64,000 bases of DNA from Iphione sp. A-MEVVRFRX5. Taxonomy: Eukaryota. Made by a program: the position numbers and the translations under genes. The notes below the pieces were generated by a model that was not told the origin of the DNA, ran no database searches, and saw only the letters and a program-made list of their open reading frames with translations. The stretch spans positions 116,002,001 through 116,066,000 of the forward strand of contig OZ320313.1 of NCBI GenBank assembly GCA_976226885.1, read 5' to 3'. Positions 62,219 to 64,000 of the stretch are shown here, piece after piece. Every line of letters begins with the position of its first letter. Position 1 is the stretch's first letter.

Positions 62219-64000
62219 AACCATCATCTCATCACCACAGTTTTATCATTCAAAGACCTAAATAAGTTAACTACTGTTGCTTGGTGAATCAGGCATACCA
62301 TGTACATGTACGTCTATAGGGATATCGTATATACATACATTATATCGTAGATTATAATTTCTTTACACACAAATTCAAGAGGGCATCAATTTTACTGTTC
62401 ACTGTGCTGCTTTTCGAAATTAGAGCTTTCTCTGTGTGCATCTAAGAGAATACTGCTGGGATATATCGTCTATCCCATTTCTTCCTCTATATTCCAAGTT
62501 CATTAGCATCTACTCATTATCAGACGTGAGCTGTCTTCCTGTCATTGCACGTCAAAGAGTAGCGAGGAAGGAAAATCTTTCTGTATGAATGGTTCGGAGC
62601 GACCGTGACGTTGAAATGTGTAGAAAGAGCGAGAAGCTGTAAAACCTAATGTCTAAATCGGTGAAAAGCTGAGATGGGACTGTCGTGGCGAACCGAATTT
62701 CTTTGCTAAAGAACGACCCATTCATGTAGAAAAGAAAGTTACCAATGAGGTAAAAGCGGTACGCTGCTAGCTCCTAGAGTCAGCAAAACTAAATCATTGC
62801 GAATGAGTGGACGATGGAGGTTATTGAGACCAATTAGGTTTCTGTGATAGTCTCCGTTCCTCGACCGTCTGTTCTTATCTCTGGAACGCAGAGGTAAGGG
62901 CAGTGACTTGTGTATCATCATCCGAAGGCGAGTTTTCAAAATGTATCATTTGAGTCAGGAGCATCGAAATCCTAGATTGCCTGATATTCGAAATAGATTC
63001 CCTTATATATTCATATTAAAATTCCCGTCCACCTTCTCTCATACAACAGTGCATTTATCTTTACTTAGCTACTGAAGGACATCATGAAAATATGCAATAC
63101 TTGCACGACGTACGCACTGGGAATCCAGGGGAAGGTCAGAACCGATGGAAGTTTGCCATCATTATCAGACAACGAAGCTTGGTAAATAGGACTGTGTTTG
63201 TACATTTTTTAAGGAAACCCAATACGTGCATGGATTGAAAATTATCCGAGCCCGAGAATTGTAAAGGTACCCTGACATTGAATCGGCATTGGTCTTTTTA
63301 ATCCTCTGTCGATACCAATGATTCAGTCTGTTTTGACAAATTTCTGCTCCAGTGTTCGGTCTCACTGCGAGCGACATTCACTTGAAGGGAAGGGAAATTT
63401 ATAGGCACCATATTTCCAAGACTATCTACCAAGGCGCACATTATCACCCACATGGAACCTATAGACTAAACCAGTACTATCCCAGGGTGCAGCAGTACAT
63501 GGTATGCAACACTTCCGTTTCTAGGCTAAACAAAGGATTGTCAAGGCTGATTTTATGTATTTATAGACTGTGACAATTAAATCTTTAATCTCTATTTCAT
63601 TCATTAATTAATTAACAAAAGAGAAATATTCAAGCAGGAAATCTAAATCCTATCTTAAGATGTTTATTTTACAAGAATACTGTGCAGGTGAAGAATGAGT
63701 GATAATAGGGGAGTTAGCACATATTCCTTTAAGAATTTTAGGCTTGCTATAAAGAAACTATGAAGAGTTTAGATGTAAGCACTTGATCCAAAGGTAGTTT
63801 CACCTATTTATTTATCATACTTCTGTGATATAAAATAAAATCTTCTTCCAAGCATGTAAACCTTTCAATAAAAAGTCACAGATATACATAGAGTTTAGGT
63901 GCAACAGGAAGTACATGTAATGCATACCATGTGGAGCTCTTTACTGGTAGCAGAATTGGTTTGGCGAATAGTGTTTTCTACGGCGATGCCTTCCCGTCAT

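Overview
Eukaryotic genomic DNA, not prokaryotic. It is intron-rich, roughly 40% GC by eye, and full of the TACATGTA palindrome, so the host is probably a marine invertebrate such as amphioxus/Branchiostoma (inference only). The one recognisable host gene is a minus-strand alpha7-type nicotinic acetylcholine receptor subunit. I could trace it with canonical GT-AG sites and consistent phases from exon 2 (21129-21268) to the stop codon (6073). The signal-peptide exon 1 was not found. The main discovery is two tandem exon duplications with the hallmarks of mutually exclusive splicing. Exons 3a/3b (45 nt each) encode loop D. Exons 7a/7b (195 nt each) encode loop C, M1 and the start of M2. Together they could give up to 4 isoforms. 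The two exon-7 copies keep an identical 20-aa loop C but differ in M1 and at pore positions 2'/3' (GEKIAC vs GEKISL). Both short intervening introns contain candidate exclusion devices: a branch point 13 nt from the donor in one, and competing hairpins in the other. The rest of the window is intronic or intergenic, with CpG-rich blocks, MITEs, tandem repeats and a 5'-truncated CR1/L2-type LINE. Exon numbers follow vertebrate CHRNA7, and 'a' is the copy transcribed first.
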